DNA of 32,589 nucleotides from an uncultured Elusimicrobiaceae bacterium (GTDB lineage Bacteria; Elusimicrobiota; Elusimicrobia; Elusimicrobiales; UBA9959): NCBI GenBank assembly GCA_964549095.1, contig CAZJUL010000001.1, positions 1 to 32,589 of the forward strand, read 5' to 3'. Shown piece by piece: positions 31,431 to 32,589 of this stretch (position 1 is its first letter; each line of letters starts with the position of its first letter). The notes under the pieces were generated by a model. It saw only the letters and a program-made list of their open reading frames with translations, ran no database searches and was not told where the DNA came from. The position numbers and the translations under genes were made by a program.

Positions 31431-32589
31431 GAGTTAATTCTGACTTTATTTGTTTTAAAAGCTCATCACTCTTGCAAAAAGAATCGTGGAGCATATTAAG
31501 AAGCTCGGCACTGGAATAGGTTTTTTCGGGCTCGGGGATGTGCGGGTTCTTTATGTCCAGGTTGTAGCCGTTCTTTATTATGTCGGCTATGGGGACCTTC
31601 CAGGCCTGGTCGGTTTCTTTGCGCTTCTTCCACCACTTCTTCAGGCCGTCGAATTCGGATTTCTGGATGGGCTTGGTTTTGCTGTAAGCTTTAACGCCTT
31701 CGGGGAGTTTGTGCTCGTAGTACCAGATTTCGCGGGTGGGTTTCCCCCGCTCAAAGAAAAGCAGGTTGGTGGCAACGCTGGCATAGGGCTGAAAAACGGA
31801 ATTGGGTAGCCGCACTACGGTGTGCAGGTTGCAGTTTTCAAGGAAGTGCTGGCGGATGCGCTGCTTTACGCCGTCGCCGGTAAGGGAGCCGTCGGGCAGA
31901 ACAATGCCGGCGCGGCCGCCCTCGCGCAGGTAGCGTATCATTACAAGCAGGAAAAGGTCGGCGCTTTCGGTGGTGCGGAAGGCCTGCGGGTAATTTGTTT
32001 CCACTCCCTGCTTAACGGAAGCGCCAAAGGGCGGATTGGCTAAAATAACGTCCACTTTGTCTTTTTGCCCTATCGTGGTATATTCCCTGTTCAGGCTGTC
32101 TATATAATCCACATTCGGCACTTCAATGTCGTGCAGGATAAGATTTGTGACGCATAGCATGAATGGCAAGGGCTTTAATTCCATGCCGTGTATGTCTTTT
32201 TCAAGCTGGCGCAGGTTCTTAACGCCTTTAATATCCTGCCTCCGGATGTTTTCAATAGCGCTGGTGAGGAAGCCGCCGGTGCCGCAGGACGGGTCAAGAA
32301 CCTTTTCCCCAAGGCGCGGGTTTATTGTTTCCGTTATAAATTCGGTTATGGCGCGCGGGGTGTAAAACTCACCGTATTTGCCGGAGCTTTGAAGGTCTTT
32401 GAGTATGGTTTCGTAAATGTCGCCAAATACGTGCCTGTCTTCCGAGCTGTTGAAGTCTATCTCGTTAAGTTTATTCAGGACCTGGCGGATAACGGTGCCG
32501 TCCTTCATGTAATTGTTGGTGCCGTCGAAGATCTCGTGAACGATAAGCGCCCGCTTATTCCCCGTGCTGATATCCAGATTTTTAAGGGC
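31423..32589 (-). CDS. hsdM: Type I restriction-modification N6-adenine DNA methyltransferase subunit HsdM; 5' end lies beyond the right edge
   Basis: GEFYTPR, SAM-binding VLDPSCGTGGFL and catalytic ILANPPFG (nt ~32019..32043). The frame stays open upstream of the track's Met (32508) to the window edge (...ALKNLDISTGNKRALIVHEIFDGTNNYMKDG), so the true start is outside the window. Confidence 0.93.
   Translation of the reverse strand, partial: ALKNLDISTGNKRALIVHEIFDGTNNYMKDGTVIRQVLNKLNEIDFNSSEDRHVFGDIYETILKDLQSSGKYGEFYTPRAITEFITETINPRLGEKVLDPSCGTGGFLTSAIENIRRQDIKGVKNLRQLEKDIHGMELKPLPFMLCVTNLILHDIEVPNVDYIDSLNREYTTIGQKDKVDVILANPPFGASVKQGVETNYPQAFRTTESADLFLLVMIRYLREGGRAGIVLPDGSLTGDGVKQRIRQHFLENCNLHTVVRLPNSVFQPYASVATNLLFFERGKPTREIWYYEHKLPEGVKAYSKTKPIQKSEFDGLKKWWKKRKETDQAWKVPIADIIKNGYNLDIKNPHIPEPEKTYSSAELLNMLHDSFCKSDELLKQIKSELTHE

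Overview
The window has two compartments, and almost all real genes are on the minus strand.

(1) Positions ~1-23,500 are visibly very GC-rich chromosomal backbone, dominated by exported or envelope proteins:
- a tandem pair of paralogous small secreted proteins;
- a 634-aa secreted protein with an HExxH motif;
- a membrane-anchored coiled-coil protein ending in a ClpP-fold serine peptidase domain;
- a YegS/DagK-type lipid kinase;
- a 483-aa secreted protein with a caspase-like His/Cys motif pair;
- an ~11 kb gene for a ~3,680-aa surface protein. It has five ~1.4 kb FN3 + six-bladed Kelch super-modules, an FN3 array and a T9SS-type C-terminal sorting domain. A PorV-like outer-membrane barrel gene follows it after 5 nt.

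A P-loop ATPase, recQ and a SagB-type nitroreductase complete this part.

(2) Positions ~23,530-32,589 are a visibly lower-GC accessory (defence-type) island, all on one strand. In transcription order it reads: hsdM (5' end off the window), hsdS, SEC-C/TPR protein, a translationally coupled pair of proteins that each carry one RNxxxH (HEPN-like) motif, a class II Fic protein, a small zinc-ribbon ORF, and RhuM.

The most interesting candidate for an undescribed system is the HEPN-like pair, possibly together with the SEC-C/TPR gene, nested in the type I R-M operon. Operator-like repeats sharing a TGTCGC core sit upstream of three of the island's transcription units.

I saw no rRNA, tRNA, CRISPR array, integrase or transposase. 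All functional calls come from motif and family recognition by eye. No database search was run, and GC statements are visual impressions, not computed values.
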